A model generated the notes under the pieces. The model was not told the DNA's origin. It searched no databases and saw only the letters and a list, made by a program, of their open reading frames with translations. 52,410 nucleotides of DNA from an uncultured Eubacteriales bacterium (GTDB lineage Bacteria > Bacillota > Clostridia > Christensenellales > UBA1242): positions 1 to 52,410 of the forward strand of contig CARXKP010000005.1 of assembly GCA_949096025.1 (NCBI GenBank). Reading direction: 5' to 3'. Numbering within the stretch: the first letter of the stretch is position 1; every line of letters starts with the position of its first letter. Made by a program: the position numbers and the translations under genes. This document shows, piece by piece, positions 35,641-44,509 of the stretch.

Positions 35641-35886
35641 ATGACAACAACAAGACCAACATACACAAAAACTTTGTGTATTCTTGCAAGCGGTCAATCA
35701 AAGTTATGCGATTTGCTCGAAAGCATACAAACAACAAATAAAATTTTGCATACTGCACAATTTTCAAACGCTGAAAAGGTTAAACGCCTTTTAGGTGTGT
35801 TGGAGTGTCAAACATATTTGATTGATTTAATGCAAAAAGAGTTGCAAGACTTGACGGAATGCTTGCAAAACAAGATGCCAAAATAA
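35641..35886 (+). CDS. Hypothetical protein (81 aa)
   Basis: ATG 35641 follows GAAGGAG. The track's upstream extension has no RBS. Confidence 0.45.
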   Translation: MTTTRPTYTKTLCILASGQSKLCDLLESIQTTNKILHTAQFSNAEKVKRLLGVLECQTYLIDLMQKELQDLTECLQNKMPK

Positions 35887-35889
35887 AGA

Positions 35890-35973
35890 CCGTTTGCTTG
35901 CCTTTTGGTGCGGGGGTGCGGATGGTGTGTGTTACACTTTATGTGTGACACACCGCCACACCCCGCACAAACG
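35890..35973. repeat. GC-rich imperfect hairpin (candidate replication origin / nick site)
   Basis: Outer arms ccgtttg (35890-35896) and caaacgg (35967-35973). Inner arms gtgtgttacac (35927-35937) and gtgtgacacac (35943-35953) around a tttat loop. Middle arms are gtgcgggggtgcgg versus ccgccacaccccgcac. Confidence 0.6.
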
Positions 35974-36057
35974 GTTAGCATCGGCATTTGTTAGGCTGTC
36001 CGCCTACTTGACATTAAGGACACTTAATAGTAGTTAAGTGTAAAAGGAGTATATATT

Positions 36058-36918
36058 TTGAGTTACAAACAAACATTTGTAACAAGAAAGTTATACAATG
36101 ACGGAACGGAAAAATTTATAATAAAAAATGGCTATTCACCGAATACGGAAAAGATGCAGAGAGCAAAAAGAAGAAAAAGGCTATTAAAAGAGATTGAATT
36201 AAAAAGCATTACGCCACAAGGTCAATTAGACTTTGAAAGTATGCAAAAGTATGAAAAGAAGAAAGCCGAATTTGATAGAAAATATGCTTCAAAGTTAGAA
36301 AATGCGGTTCGGTCAATGAATAGGTCAAAAAATAATTTAATGGATATTCTAAAAAGTAACGAGTTTAACTTTTTTGTTACTTTAACATTTGATAAAACTA
36401 AAATTGATAGATTAGACGATAATAAAACACGAAAAGCATTTACACAATGGGCAAATAATATAACAAGAAATTTGCCAAATTTAATTTATGTTGCAGTTCC
36501 CGAATATCACAAAAAAGGCGGTTTGCATTTTCATTTGCTTATAGGTGGAGCAACTGCCGAAGATTTAGGGCTTGAAGATAGCGGAAAGCGTGTAAAGTCT
36601 GGAAGATGCAAAGGTCAAATCATTTTTAATGTTAGCAAGTGGAATAGAAAAGGCTTTTCAACTGCTACGGAAATTTTAGATATAAACGCTGTAAAGTTCT
36701 ATTTGTCAAAATATCTTACAAAATCAAAGGTAGATCCGAGATTTTATAATAAAAAGCGTTTTTATGTTAGTAGAAACATTAAACGCCCACAAGTAGAAAA
36801 ATTTGCTTTTCCTTGCACTGATACATTTGATATTTTTGATAGCATCATAAAGGAAGATTACAACATAGATTACGAAGATACAAAAAAGGAATATTGCGTT
36901 TTAAGTCGTCAATCTTAA
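36058..36918 (+). CDS. HUH-superfamily rolling-circle replication initiator (two-Tyr type)
   Basis: Motif I FFVTLTF, motif II GGLHFHLLIGG (HUH), motif III FYLSKYLTK (YxxKY). TTG start 8 nt after AAAGGAG. Confidence 0.8.
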   Translation: MSYKQTFVTRKLYNDGTEKFIIKNGYSPNTEKMQRAKRRKRLLKEIELKSITPQGQLDFESMQKYEKKKAEFDRKYASKLENAVRSMNRSKNNLMDILKSNEFNFFVTLTFDKTKIDRLDDNKTRKAFTQWANNITRNLPNLIYVAVPEYHKKGGLHFHLLIGGATAEDLGLEDSGKRVKSGRCKGQIIFNVSKWNRKGFSTATEILDINAVKFYLSKYLTKSKVDPRFYNKKRFYVSRNIKRPQVEKFAFPCTDTFDIFDSIIKEDYNIDYEDTKKEYCVLSRQS

Positions 36919-36933
36919 AAGGAGTATTTAACT

Positions 36934-37227
36934 ATGAATAATATTGTTGCTAAAAAATTAAACGCTTTGCAAAATATTTTCAATTCTTATGAGATTTACA
37001 AGGGCAATTATAAAAGTTTGTTAGAAACTGAAATAAGCAACCTTAAAGGCAAATTAAGTGAAGAAGATTATAATAATTTGGTTGCAGGTTTTCAAACATA
37101 CAAACAATATATTTTTAATGTTCTTGCAAGCACTCGAAGAGTTTTTATAAAATTGAGCGAAGAAGAACAAAAACAAGTTGATTTTTCGAGTTTAGATAAT
37201 ATATTTGAAGATTTAGACAACTTGTAA
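36934..37227 (+). CDS. Hypothetical coiled-coil protein (97 aa)
   Basis: ORF with RBS AAGGAG. Last gene before the element's right end. Confidence 0.5.
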   Translation: MNNIVAKKLNALQNIFNSYEIYKGNYKSLLETEISNLKGKLSEEDYNNLVAGFQTYKQYIFNVLASTRRVFIKLSEEEQKQVDFSSLDNIFEDLDNL

Positions 37228-37230
37228 AAA

Positions 37231-37246
37231 TTGCATTCGAATGCAA
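37231..37246. repeat. Perfect 16-bp palindrome
   Basis: ttgcattc|gaatgcaa flanked by A-runs, immediately after the last element ORF. Confidence 0.6.
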
Positions 37247-37254
37247 AAAAAAAG

Positions 37255-37287
37255 TAGTTAGCAAATTATGCTAACTATTTTCTTTTT
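37255..37287. terminator. Bidirectional terminator (serves tRNA-Ser on the minus strand)
   Basis: tagttagca / tgctaacta stem with T-runs on both strands. Confidence 0.6.
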
Positions 37288-37348
37288 AATATAATACCGA
37301 ACATATCGTCAAAATAAACATATATTGGTGTTCTTATATTAAAAGTAT

Positions 37349-37439
37349 TGGCGGGAAGAGAGGGATTTGAACCCTCGCGCCGGTTGCCCGACCTACAGCC
37401 TTAGCAGGGCCGCCTCTTCGACCACTTGAGTATCTCCCC
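37349..37439 (-). tRNA. tRNA-Ser (anticodon GCU), class II with long variable arm, encoded CCA
   Basis: The reverse complement folds by hand. Acceptor stem GGGGAGA/TCTTCCC (one G-U), D arm CTC..GAG, anticodon stem CGGCC/GGCTG with loop CT-GCT-AA, long variable arm, T arm GAGGG-TTCAAAT-CCCTC, then G-CCA. Confidence 0.85.
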
Positions 37440-37485
37440 ATTTTTTATTCTTCTTATGGATCTTATTCCATAAGTGCTTTACTAG

Positions 37486-37513
37486 ATTATCATATAGTTT
37501 TACCTTTTGTCAA
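37486..37513 (-). promoter_or_regulatory. Candidate tRNA-Ser promoter
   Basis: On the minus strand: TTGACA, 16 nt spacer, GATAAT. An 8-bp leader hairpin cttatgga/tccataag lies at 37453-37474. Confidence 0.45.
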
Positions 37514-37624
37514 TCTTTTTATTAAAATTTTTATTTTTTTTATCTTATTTTAAATTGTTTTTATTTTCTATATTTACTTTCCTAAATTAATATGTTATAC
37601 TATATTGTAGTTAAGGAGATGATT

Positions 37625-38029
37625 ATGTTGGATAAAAAAATGCAAAATATGCAAATTCATTGGGCAAGACGAATGGAAAAATATATTGCTTCTATTAGAA
37701 ATAACAAACTTAAAAGTGCAGATGTTGAAAATCTTTTAGATGATATTAATTTGACTAACAAACCTTTTATTAATGAGCAAACTAAGCATTATTGTGTCAG
37801 TAAAAAAGGATTTCTTTTAAAAAACTTAAATGAAAGTTATTCCTCTCAAAAATGTATTGCAGAACATCTTGGATGTTTAGTTAGTGAAATTTCGTTTGCT
37901 CAATCCGATCTTAAAGGTAATATGGTTAATGGATTTTATCAATATGCACTTTGGACGGATGATTTGACTATGCCTGAGGGTATGATTGAACATTTTGAAA
38001 GTTCTGAGATAGAAGACGGCATTATATAA
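37625..38029 (+). CDS. Hypothetical protein (134 aa)
   Basis: ATG 37625 lies 6 nt after AAGGAG. No recognisable domain. Confidence 0.5.
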   Translation: MLDKKMQNMQIHWARRMEKYIASIRNNKLKSADVENLLDDINLTNKPFINEQTKHYCVSKKGFLLKNLNESYSSQKCIAEHLGCLVSEISFAQSDLKGNMVNGFYQYALWTDDLTMPEGMIEHFESSEIEDGII

Positions 38030-38069
38030 AAAATTGAAGATATAAATTGAAAATTAAAAATAGGATTTA

Positions 38070-38264
38070 AGAATATGGCAGAGATGGTCAAGTTGTAAAT
38101 GCTACAAATAGAGTTCGTGATAACTTAGGTGCTTTAGGTGGAGCAAAATTAAAGCGTGCTAATTGGAAAACAATAGAAGAACTTGTGAGTGTTACAGAGC
38201 AAGACCCAATAACTGTTACTTGGCATAATAGTTTAAATGAAAATAATGTCGATATTGAAAAATA
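38070..38264 (+). pseudogene. Start-less 3-prime gene remnant (about 64 codons)
   Basis: Open frame EYGRDGQVVNATNRVRDNLGALGGAKLKRANWKTIEELVSVTEQDPITVTWHNSLNENNVDIEK* is bounded upstream by TAA (38067-38069). No in-frame ATG, GTG or TTG near its 5-prime end. Composition looks coding. Confidence 0.35.
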
Positions 38265-38332
38265 ATTAATAAATAAAATTAATTTAATAAATATTAAGAA
38301 AAAATGAGTTATAATTTTTAACTCATTTTTAT

Positions 38333-38893
38333 TTATTTTTTTATTGTGTCTTTAGTTTTTTCAAGATTCAAATCATCTTTTTGATTTTGATTTGAAGGAT
38401 TGTTATTTTCAATTTTTACATTACTATCAGTAGTGTCTTCTTGAGAAATATTGTCTTGTTTTAAATCTTTGCTATTGTTTTTGTATTTTGTTAAAAATTT
38501 AAAATATTTCGTTTTAATATTTTGTGTGAGAGGGGTTTTTATATCTCGAAGTTCAGATTCCGACAAATTCCCATTTTTTCTTTCAATTTTTATTTCCCAT
38601 TGTATAAGGAAGGTGAGAGCGGCTCGCATTAATATAATTGCTCCAAGAATAAGAAGTTCTTTCCATTCTCGAACAATAACTGTTCTTAATAATTCTCCAC
38701 CCATTTTAAATTCCAGTGATAGGGCGATGCCTTCAGCAAGTTTAAGGCGAACGTGTTGTTGGCGTTTAAATAGCCCAATAACAGCAGATACAATAGAATA
38801 TATTAAAATGATTATACCTATAAGTTCTACAAATAATATTAGATAGTTTACGATTAGGGTAAATACACCCTCTACTTTTTCAAATGTTTCCAT
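38333..38893 (-). CDS. DUF1622-family membrane protein with a long polar C-terminal extension
   Basis: ..LKLAEGIALSLEFKMGGELLRTVIVREWKELLILGAIILMRAALTFLIQWE matches the DUF1622 pattern, followed by about 80 aa of K/N/D/Q-rich tail. Confidence 0.65.
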   Translation of the reverse strand: METFEKVEGVFTLIVNYLILFVELIGIIILIYSIVSAVIGLFKRQQHVRLKLAEGIALSLEFKMGGELLRTVIVREWKELLILGAIILMRAALTFLIQWEIKIERKNGNLSESELRDIKTPLTQNIKTKYFKFLTKYKNNSKDLKQDNISQEDTTDSNVKIENNNPSNQNQKDDLNLEKTKDTIKK

Positions 38894-39088
38894 AAAATTA
38901 CCTTTACAACCTCTGCTTAGTTGTTTTTCTAAAGTTTTATAAAAAATATTATATTTATATTTTCTTTTATATTATAGCACAAATATTCATATATTCCAAT
39001 TGTTTTATAGTCTTTTGGCTTTTATTTTATTATTTAAATAATAAGTAAAAAGTTTAAATAAAATTTTTTAAAAATTTGTCACAAATAG

Positions 39089-39117
39089 TTGACTTTTTTT
39101 GAAAAGTTGCATATACT
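39089..39117 (+). promoter_or_regulatory. Sigma-A promoter of the hrcA operon
   Basis: TTGACT (39089-39094), 17 nt spacer, TATACT (39112-39117). Confidence 0.65.
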
Positions 39118-39121
39118 ATTG

Positions 39122-39148
39122 CTAGCACTAAAAAAAGAAGAGTGCTAA
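39122..39148 (+). promoter_or_regulatory. CIRCE operator (HrcA binding site)
   Basis: CTAGCACTA-N9-GAGTGCTAA versus the consensus TTAGCACTC-N9-GAGTGCTAA. Sits directly after the -10. Confidence 0.85.
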
Positions 39149-39171
39149 AAAGTCGAATATTAGAGGTTGTA

Positions 39172-40170
39172 ATGGAACTATCTGACCGCAAACAAAAAAT
39201 TCTTTGCATAGCAGTTGAAGAATACATAAGAGAGTGCAGTCCTATAACTTCTGGCGGAATTAAAGATGTAACTTCCTTAGGTTGTTCTACAGCAACACTT
39301 AGAAATGAGTTGAATGCACTTGAAGCAATGGGCTACCTAAGGCAACTTCATACATCTGGGGGACGAGTGCCAACTGCACAGGGTTACAGATATTATGTAG
39401 AAAAGTTATTGTCTTCTGTCAGGGCAAGCGAAGTTGAACTTGAAGAGGTTAAAAAAATTATCAATTCAAGAACTAGTTCTCTTAATGAAATCGTTTCTGG
39501 TATTGCAAAAATAGTTAGTCAAGCGACAAACTATCCAACTGTCGTTATGGTTGACGGATTTGAAAATCTTGTACTTAAAGAGTTTAAACTTGTTCCGCTA
39601 TTAGACGAAAAAATTATGGTTTTAATAGGTACGGAGACTGGTTACATTTATCAGACACTTGAGGTTAGAGCAACTGCAGAAGAATGCAATGATGCAACTA
39701 TCTATCTTACTAATCACTTTAGAGGAGAAACTATTGGCTATATGATTGACAATATTGCTCAGTTTGAAGGTGGAATGAAGGGTGAGATAAAAGCATTTGA
39801 AAAGGTGGTTAATACTCTTATTGAAGGTTTAAAGAAGTTGAATCAACAAAGATACCTTGACATAAGGAGAGAGGGCAGTGCTAAATTACTCGATGATAAA
39901 AAAAGCGTTGAAGAGGCTAAGAAAGTTTTAAAAGTACTTGAAGATGAAAAAGAACTCTCTTCAATATTAGAACTTGAAGGCGAAGGCAATATTGAGGTTA
40001 AGGTAGCAGAAGAAGAGGATAGTTGTTCGGTTGTTAAAGCTCCTATTTGCTTTAATGGACGGCAACTTGCTTCAATCGGAGTTATTGGTCCACAACGAAT
40101 GGATTATGCTGGTATTGCTTCAGCTCTTAAAGTAGTGATAGATAACCTCAATGATTTAAAAGGAGAATAG
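39172..40170 (+). CDS. hrcA: Heat-inducible transcription repressor HrcA
   Basis: N-terminal LSDRKQKILCIAVEEYI..PITSGG and the position before grpE-dnaK-dnaJ. ATG 39172 was chosen because the track GTG 39142 lies inside CIRCE. Confidence 0.9.
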   Translation: MELSDRKQKILCIAVEEYIRECSPITSGGIKDVTSLGCSTATLRNELNALEAMGYLRQLHTSGGRVPTAQGYRYYVEKLLSSVRASEVELEEVKKIINSRTSSLNEIVSGIAKIVSQATNYPTVVMVDGFENLVLKEFKLVPLLDEKIMVLIGTETGYIYQTLEVRATAEECNDATIYLTNHFRGETIGYMIDNIAQFEGGMKGEIKAFEKVVNTLIEGLKKLNQQRYLDIRREGSAKLLDDKKSVEEAKKVLKVLEDEKELSSILELEGEGNIEVKVAEEEDSCSVVKAPICFNGRQLASIGVIGPQRMDYAGIASALKVVIDNLNDLKGE

Positions 40171-40803
40171 ATGTTTTTGAGTGGTGACAATGAATTGGAA
40201 AATGAAGTTCCTTCTGACAAAAACTTATCTGAAGAGATAAGAGAAGAAGTGGAAGAGATTGAAAATTCAACAGAAAATACAGAGAATATTGATGAAAATC
40301 AAGAAGAAAACACGTCTAGTCAAGAGAGTAATCAAATTGAGGTAGAAACTGACAGCGAAAAGGCTCAACAAGAGCAAGAACGTAAGACTGCTAATGATTA
40401 TCTAGAAATGGCAAGAAGAGTTCAGGCGGATTTTGATAACTATCGTAGACATTCAACCGAAAACTTAAAAAAGGCTAAAATTGATGGGCAGGCATCAGTT
40501 ATTGAAGTATTTTTGCCTTGCCTCGATACCTTTAAAGAGGCTAAAAAGACAATTATTGATGAAAATGTGCTTAAAGGTGTTGAAATGATTGAAAATAAAA
40601 TTAATGATGCACTTAAATCTTTGGGTGTAGAAAAACTTGAAACAATAGGTCAAGTTTATGACCCACACCTGCACGAATCTCTCGCAATTATGCGTGACGA
40701 GAGTAAAGAAAATGATATCATCTTGGACGAATACCAAGCAGGATATAAATTCAATGACAAAGTGCTTAGATATGCAAAAGTCATTGTTAACAAATTAAAT
40801 TAA
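40171..40803 (+). CDS. grpE: Nucleotide exchange factor GrpE
   Basis: Acidic N-terminus, then ..[12 protein letters not shown].. and a C-terminal beta domain ([17 protein letters not shown]). Confidence 0.9.
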   Translation: MFLSGDNELENEVPSDKNLSEEIREEVEEIENSTENTENIDENQEENTSSQESNQIEVETDSEKAQQEQERKTANDYLEMARRVQADFDNYRRHSTENLKKAKIDGQASVIEVFLPCLDTFKEAKKTIIDENVLKGVEMIENKINDALKSLGVEKLETIGQVYDPHLHESLAIMRDESKENDIILDEYQAGYKFNDKVLRYAKVIVNKLN

Positions 40804-40823
40804 AAAGGAGAATTTTAAAAATT

Positions 40824-42674
40824 ATGGGAAAAATTATTGGAATTGACTTAGGTACTACAAATTCTTGCGTTGCTGTTATGGAAGGCGGAAAGCCTACGGT
40901 TATCGCAAATGCAGAGGGAGATAGAACTACTCCTTCAGTTGTTGCTTATACTAAGGAAGGCGAAAGACTTGTTGGTAAAGTTGCTAAACGTCAAGCTATT
41001 GTTAATGCTGATCAAACTATCCAATCTATTAAAAGAGAAATGGGAAGTGACTTTAAAACTGTTTTAAATGGCAAAGAGTATACTCCACAAGAAATTTCTG
41101 CTATGATTCTTTCTAAACTTAAAGCTGATGCTGAAAGTTATTTAGGAGGAGAAGTAAGTCAAGCAGTTATTACTGTTCCTGCTTACTTTAACGACTCTCA
41201 AAGACAGGCTACTAAAGATGCTGGTAAGATTGCTGGTCTTGAAGTATTAAGAATTATCAATGAACCAACTGCAGCAGCTCTTGCTTATGGACTTGATAAG
41301 GGTGAAAATTCAAATCAAAAGATTCTTGTTTATGACCTTGGTGGCGGTACATTCGATGTATCTATTCTTGAAATCGGTGATGGTGTATTTGAAGTTCTTG
41401 CAACAAATGGTAACACTCGTCTTGGTGGAGATGACTTTGATAACAGAATTATCGACCTTTTAGTAGAAGAATTTAAATCTTCAAATAACATTGATCTTTC
41501 TAACGATAAACTTGCTATGCAAAGACTTAAAGAAGCTGCAGAAAAAGCAAAGATTGACCTTTCTGCTACTCCAAAAACTACAATTTCTCTTCCTTTCATT
41601 TCTGCTGATGCAACAGGTCCAAAACACCTTGAAATGGAACTTACTCGTGCTAAATTTGACTCTATTACAGAGGACCTTGTAAGAGAAACAATAGATTGCA
41701 CAGTAAAAGCACTTGCTGATGCTAAACTTAATAAGGAAGATATTGAAAAAATTGTTCTTGTAGGTGGTTCAACTCGTATTCCTGCTGTTCAGGATGCAGT
41801 TAAAGAATTTACTGGAAAAGAACCTTATAAGGGTGTTAACCCAGATGAATGCGTTGCTGTTGGTGCAGCTATTCAAGCTGGTGTTCTTGGCGGAGAAGTA
41901 AAAGATGTTCTTCTTCTTGATGTAACTCCACTTTCTCTTGGTATTGAAACTTTAGGCGGAGTATTTACTAAACTTATTGAAAGAAATACTACTATCCCTA
42001 CAAGAAAATCTCAAGTATTCTCAACTGCTGCTGACGGACAAAGCGGTGTTGATATTCACGTTTTACAAGGTGAAAGAGAATTTGCTAGTCAAAATAAGAC
42101 ATTAGGCAAATTTCAACTTACAGATATTCCACCAGCACCAAGAGGCGTTCCACAAATCGAAGTTACATTTGATATTGATGCTAATGGTATTGTTAAAGTA
42201 TCTGCTAAAGACCTTGGTACAAATAAGGAACAAAATATTACAATTACAGCATCTTCAAACTTAAAAGAAGAAGATATTGAACAGGCTATTAAAGAAGCAG
42301 AAGCACACGCAGAAGAAGATAAGAAGAGAAAAGAACTTGTTGAAACTAAGAACCAAGCAGATAACCTTGTTTATGGACTTGAAAAAATGCTTAAAGAAAA
42401 CGGAGATAAACTTGCTGAAGAAGATAAGAAGAAACTTGAAGAAGCAATTGAAAAGGCTAAGAAAGATTTTGAAAGCGAAGATATCGAAGTTGTTAAGAAA
42501 GCAATCGAAGAACTTACAAATGTTTCAAATGGCGTAGTTACAAAGATGTATCAATCAGTTAATCCAAATGGCGAAGGGGCTGATGGTAATGTTGGTGGCG
42601 AAAGCGCTGATGGAAATAATGGTGAAGGTACTACTGGCGGAACTGATGGTGACCCAGAAGTTATTGTTGACTAA
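40824..42674 (+). CDS. dnaK: Chaperone DnaK (Hsp70)
   Basis: [23 protein letters not shown] and [13 protein letters not shown] motifs. 616 aa. Confidence 0.98.
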   Translation: MGKIIGIDLGTTNSCVAVMEGGKPTVIANAEGDRTTPSVVAYTKEGERLVGKVAKRQAIVNADQTIQSIKREMGSDFKTVLNGKEYTPQEISAMILSKLKADAESYLGGEVSQAVITVPAYFNDSQRQATKDAGKIAGLEVLRIINEPTAAALAYGLDKGENSNQKILVYDLGGGTFDVSILEIGDGVFEVLATNGNTRLGGDDFDNRIIDLLVEEFKSSNNIDLSNDKLAMQRLKEAAEKAKIDLSATPKTTISLPFISADATGPKHLEMELTRAKFDSITEDLVRETIDCTVKALADAKLNKEDIEKIVLVGGSTRIPAVQDAVKEFTGKEPYKGVNPDECVAVGAAIQAGVLGGEVKDVLLLDVTPLSLGIETLGGVFTKLIERNTTIPTRKSQVFSTAADGQSGVDIHVLQGEREFASQNKTLGKFQLTDIPPAPRGVPQIEVTFDIDANGIVKVSAKDLGTNKEQNITITASSNLKEEDIEQAIKEAEAHAEEDKKRKELVETKNQADNLVYGLEKMLKENGDKLAEEDKKKLEEAIEKAKKDFESEDIEVVKKAIEELTNVSNGVVTKMYQSVNPNGEGADGNVGGESADGNNGEGTTGGTDGDPEVIVD

Positions 42675-42692
42675 TTTAATCTAATAAGTAAA

Positions 42693-42725
42693 TTTTAGGG
42701 AAATGAAATAGTCGTTTCCCTAAAA
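42693..42725 (+). terminator. Hairpin after dnaK (partial terminator or processing site)
   Basis: ttttagggaaa / tttccctaaaa 11-bp stem with no strong T-run. dnaJ follows 220 bp later. Confidence 0.4.
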
Positions 42726-42945
42726 TATTCTTAATAAGATGTTGAACCTATTTACTATGTTGGTTAAAAAGTTCATTCATCAAATATTTAAAAGTAATTT
42801 AAAATTGTTTGATTTTAAATAGTATTAAATTAACAATTTAGAACAAAGTTTAATAATTTAAGAAAAAACAGTTAAATTTCATTAAAAAATGCAAAAAAAT
42901 GTGAAATTTATATTGTTTTTCTCATAAATAACAAAAAGGACAATT

Positions 42946-44070
42946 ATGGCGAGTAAAGATTATTATTCAATTTTGGGTGTTAATAAGGGTGCGAGCGAAG
43001 ATGAAATAAAATCAGCTTATCGAAGACTTGCAAAAAAATATCACCCAGATTTAAATAAAACTGAAGAGGCAGCTAATAAGTTTAAAGAAATCAATGAAGC
43101 TTATGAGGTTCTTGGTGATGCTCAAAAACGAGCAAACTATGACCAATATGGCACTGCTGAAGGCAATCCATTCTCAGGTGCGGGTGGTGCTAGCGGTGGA
43201 TTTGGTGATTTCTTTGGCGGTGGATTTGGTGATATTTTCTCTGATATTTTCTCTGCTTTTGGTGGTGGAAAAGGCAGTCAGGGAAGAACTCAAATGAAAG
43301 GTCAAGATATAAATATTGCAGTTACTCTTGATTTTGAAGAAGCTTGCTTTGGTTGCGAAAAGAATATTACTATTACTAAAAATGATAAATGCTCTGCCTG
43401 CAAAGGTACAGGTGCTAAGAATGGTAAGGAATTTACTGCCTGCCGAGAGTGTAACGGTACCGGTCGCGTAAGATTTCAGCAAAATACTATATTTGGAACT
43501 ACTATTCGTGAAGCTGCCTGTCCAAAATGTAATGGCACTGGCAAGATTATAAAAGAGAAATGTAGTGTTTGTAATGGTAAAGGTGAGATTAGAAATTCAA
43601 AGACTGTTAAGGTTAAATTCCCTGCAGGAATTGATAATGGTCAAACGTTGCGTATGAGGGGGGAAGGTAATTCGCCTGTTGGAAATGGTGTTTATGGTGA
43701 CCTAAATATTAAGGTTTCGGTTAAGCCTCATAAGATGCTGGTAAGAAATGGTAATGATTTATTACTTGAACTCTATGTTCCGTTTACTACAATGGTGCTT
43801 GGCGGAAAGGTTGACGTGCCAACGGTAAATGATAAATATACCTTAAATATACCAGAATTGACCGCTAGCGGAACACTTATTAGAATAAAGAATAGAGGTA
43901 TCAAAATGCTTAATAGAGATGCCTATGGTGATTTACTAGTAACTGTAAAAGCAGAGATGCCAAAATCTCTTGATAAGGAAACTAAAACAAAACTTAAAGA
44001 AGTCGCAACTAAACTTGGTGATAGTTCTTACACAAAATATAGCAACTTTCAGAAAAATATGAAAAAATAA
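42946..44070 (+). CDS. dnaJ: Co-chaperone DnaJ
   Basis: J domain with YHPDLN, G/F-rich region, and four CxxCxGxG zinc-finger repeats. Confidence 0.97.
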   Translation: MASKDYYSILGVNKGASEDEIKSAYRRLAKKYHPDLNKTEEAANKFKEINEAYEVLGDAQKRANYDQYGTAEGNPFSGAGGASGGFGDFFGGGFGDIFSDIFSAFGGGKGSQGRTQMKGQDINIAVTLDFEEACFGCEKNITITKNDKCSACKGTGAKNGKEFTACRECNGTGRVRFQQNTIFGTTIREAACPKCNGTGKIIKEKCSVCNGKGEIRNSKTVKVKFPAGIDNGQTLRMRGEGNSPVGNGVYGDLNIKVSVKPHKMLVRNGNDLLLELYVPFTTMVLGGKVDVPTVNDKYTLNIPELTASGTLIRIKNRGIKMLNRDAYGDLLVTVKAEMPKSLDKETKTKLKEVATKLGDSSYTKYSNFQKNMKK

Positions 44071-44098
44071 AAAAGGCACAATTAATGTGCCTTTTTTT
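44071..44098. terminator. Bidirectional terminator
   Basis: aaggcaca attaa tgtgcctt flanked by an A-run and a T-run, between convergent genes. Confidence 0.75.
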
Positions 44099-44104
44099 GC
44101 TATA

Positions 44105-44509
44105 TTATCTTCTACAACAACATCTTCCAAACAAACATCCCGCAAGTAAACAGCAAGCATTTCTGTTGCAGCAGTTTTGTTGTGGACGCTGGCAAGGTGG
44201 ACAAGGTCTATGACAACGATTATTCATATTATTATGATTCTCTTTAAATCTATTAAATTCATTTTCGTTGCCAAAGTCTTGTGGATAATAATTATTGTGA
44301 TCATTATTAAAATTTTGATAATTATCATCAAAATCATTAAAATCATTGAAAAAATTGTCATTTTCCTCAAAATTTCTAATATTATTGTCCCAGTTGCAGT
44401 TATTGTGAGGTCTATTGCAACAGTTTGGTCTAAAGCAAGGGTTCTCCCAAACACATCCGCAAGGTCTTTGTGGTCTATTACAATGACACTCCCTATTAAA
44501 GTTAAACAT
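44105..44509 (-). CDS. Cys-rich / Asn-Asp-Phe-rich small protein (134 aa), function unknown
   Basis: ATG 44509 lies 5 nt after GGAGG, and a terminator lies downstream. There are 19 Cys: 8 in the first 40 aa or so and 11 in the last 40 aa or so, ending CCCRR. The centre has no Cys. Confidence 0.65.
   Translation of the reverse strand: MFNFNRECHCNRPQRPCGCVWENPCFRPNCCNRPHNNCNWDNNIRNFEENDNFFNDFNDFDDNYQNFNNDHNNYYPQDFGNENEFNRFKENHNNMNNRCHRPCPPCQRPQQNCCNRNACCLLAGCLFGRCCCRR

Larger units (their letters stand above)
31847..37287. mobile_element. Integrated roughly 5.4-kb element (serine recombinase + cI/Cro switch + HUH Rep); boundaries approximate
   Basis: Contiguous recombinase, repressor, divergent Cro-like gene, small ORFs, structured non-coding DNA and a Rep gene. 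Visibly richer in G+C than the flanks. Ends next to the 3-prime end of tRNA-Ser. The exact att sites were not identified. Confidence 0.65.

Noticed and set aside
35244-35697. Minus-strand ORFs of 98 and 73 aa.
   Set aside because: They overlap the plus-strand small membrane ORF and the structured non-coding region. They have no RBS and an odd composition, so the region was treated as non-coding.
37349-37439. tRNA-Ser considered as the integration target of the element.
   Set aside because: The element encodes a serine recombinase, not a tyrosine recombinase. No duplicated tRNA 3-prime segment was found at the other end. The adjacency is noted, but targeting is not claimed.
40870-42537. Multiple alternative-frame and antisense ORFs inside dnaK, with similar ones inside aspS, the P-type ATPase and dnaJ.
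   Set aside because: They are embedded in highly conserved genes whose main frames carry unmistakable motifs.
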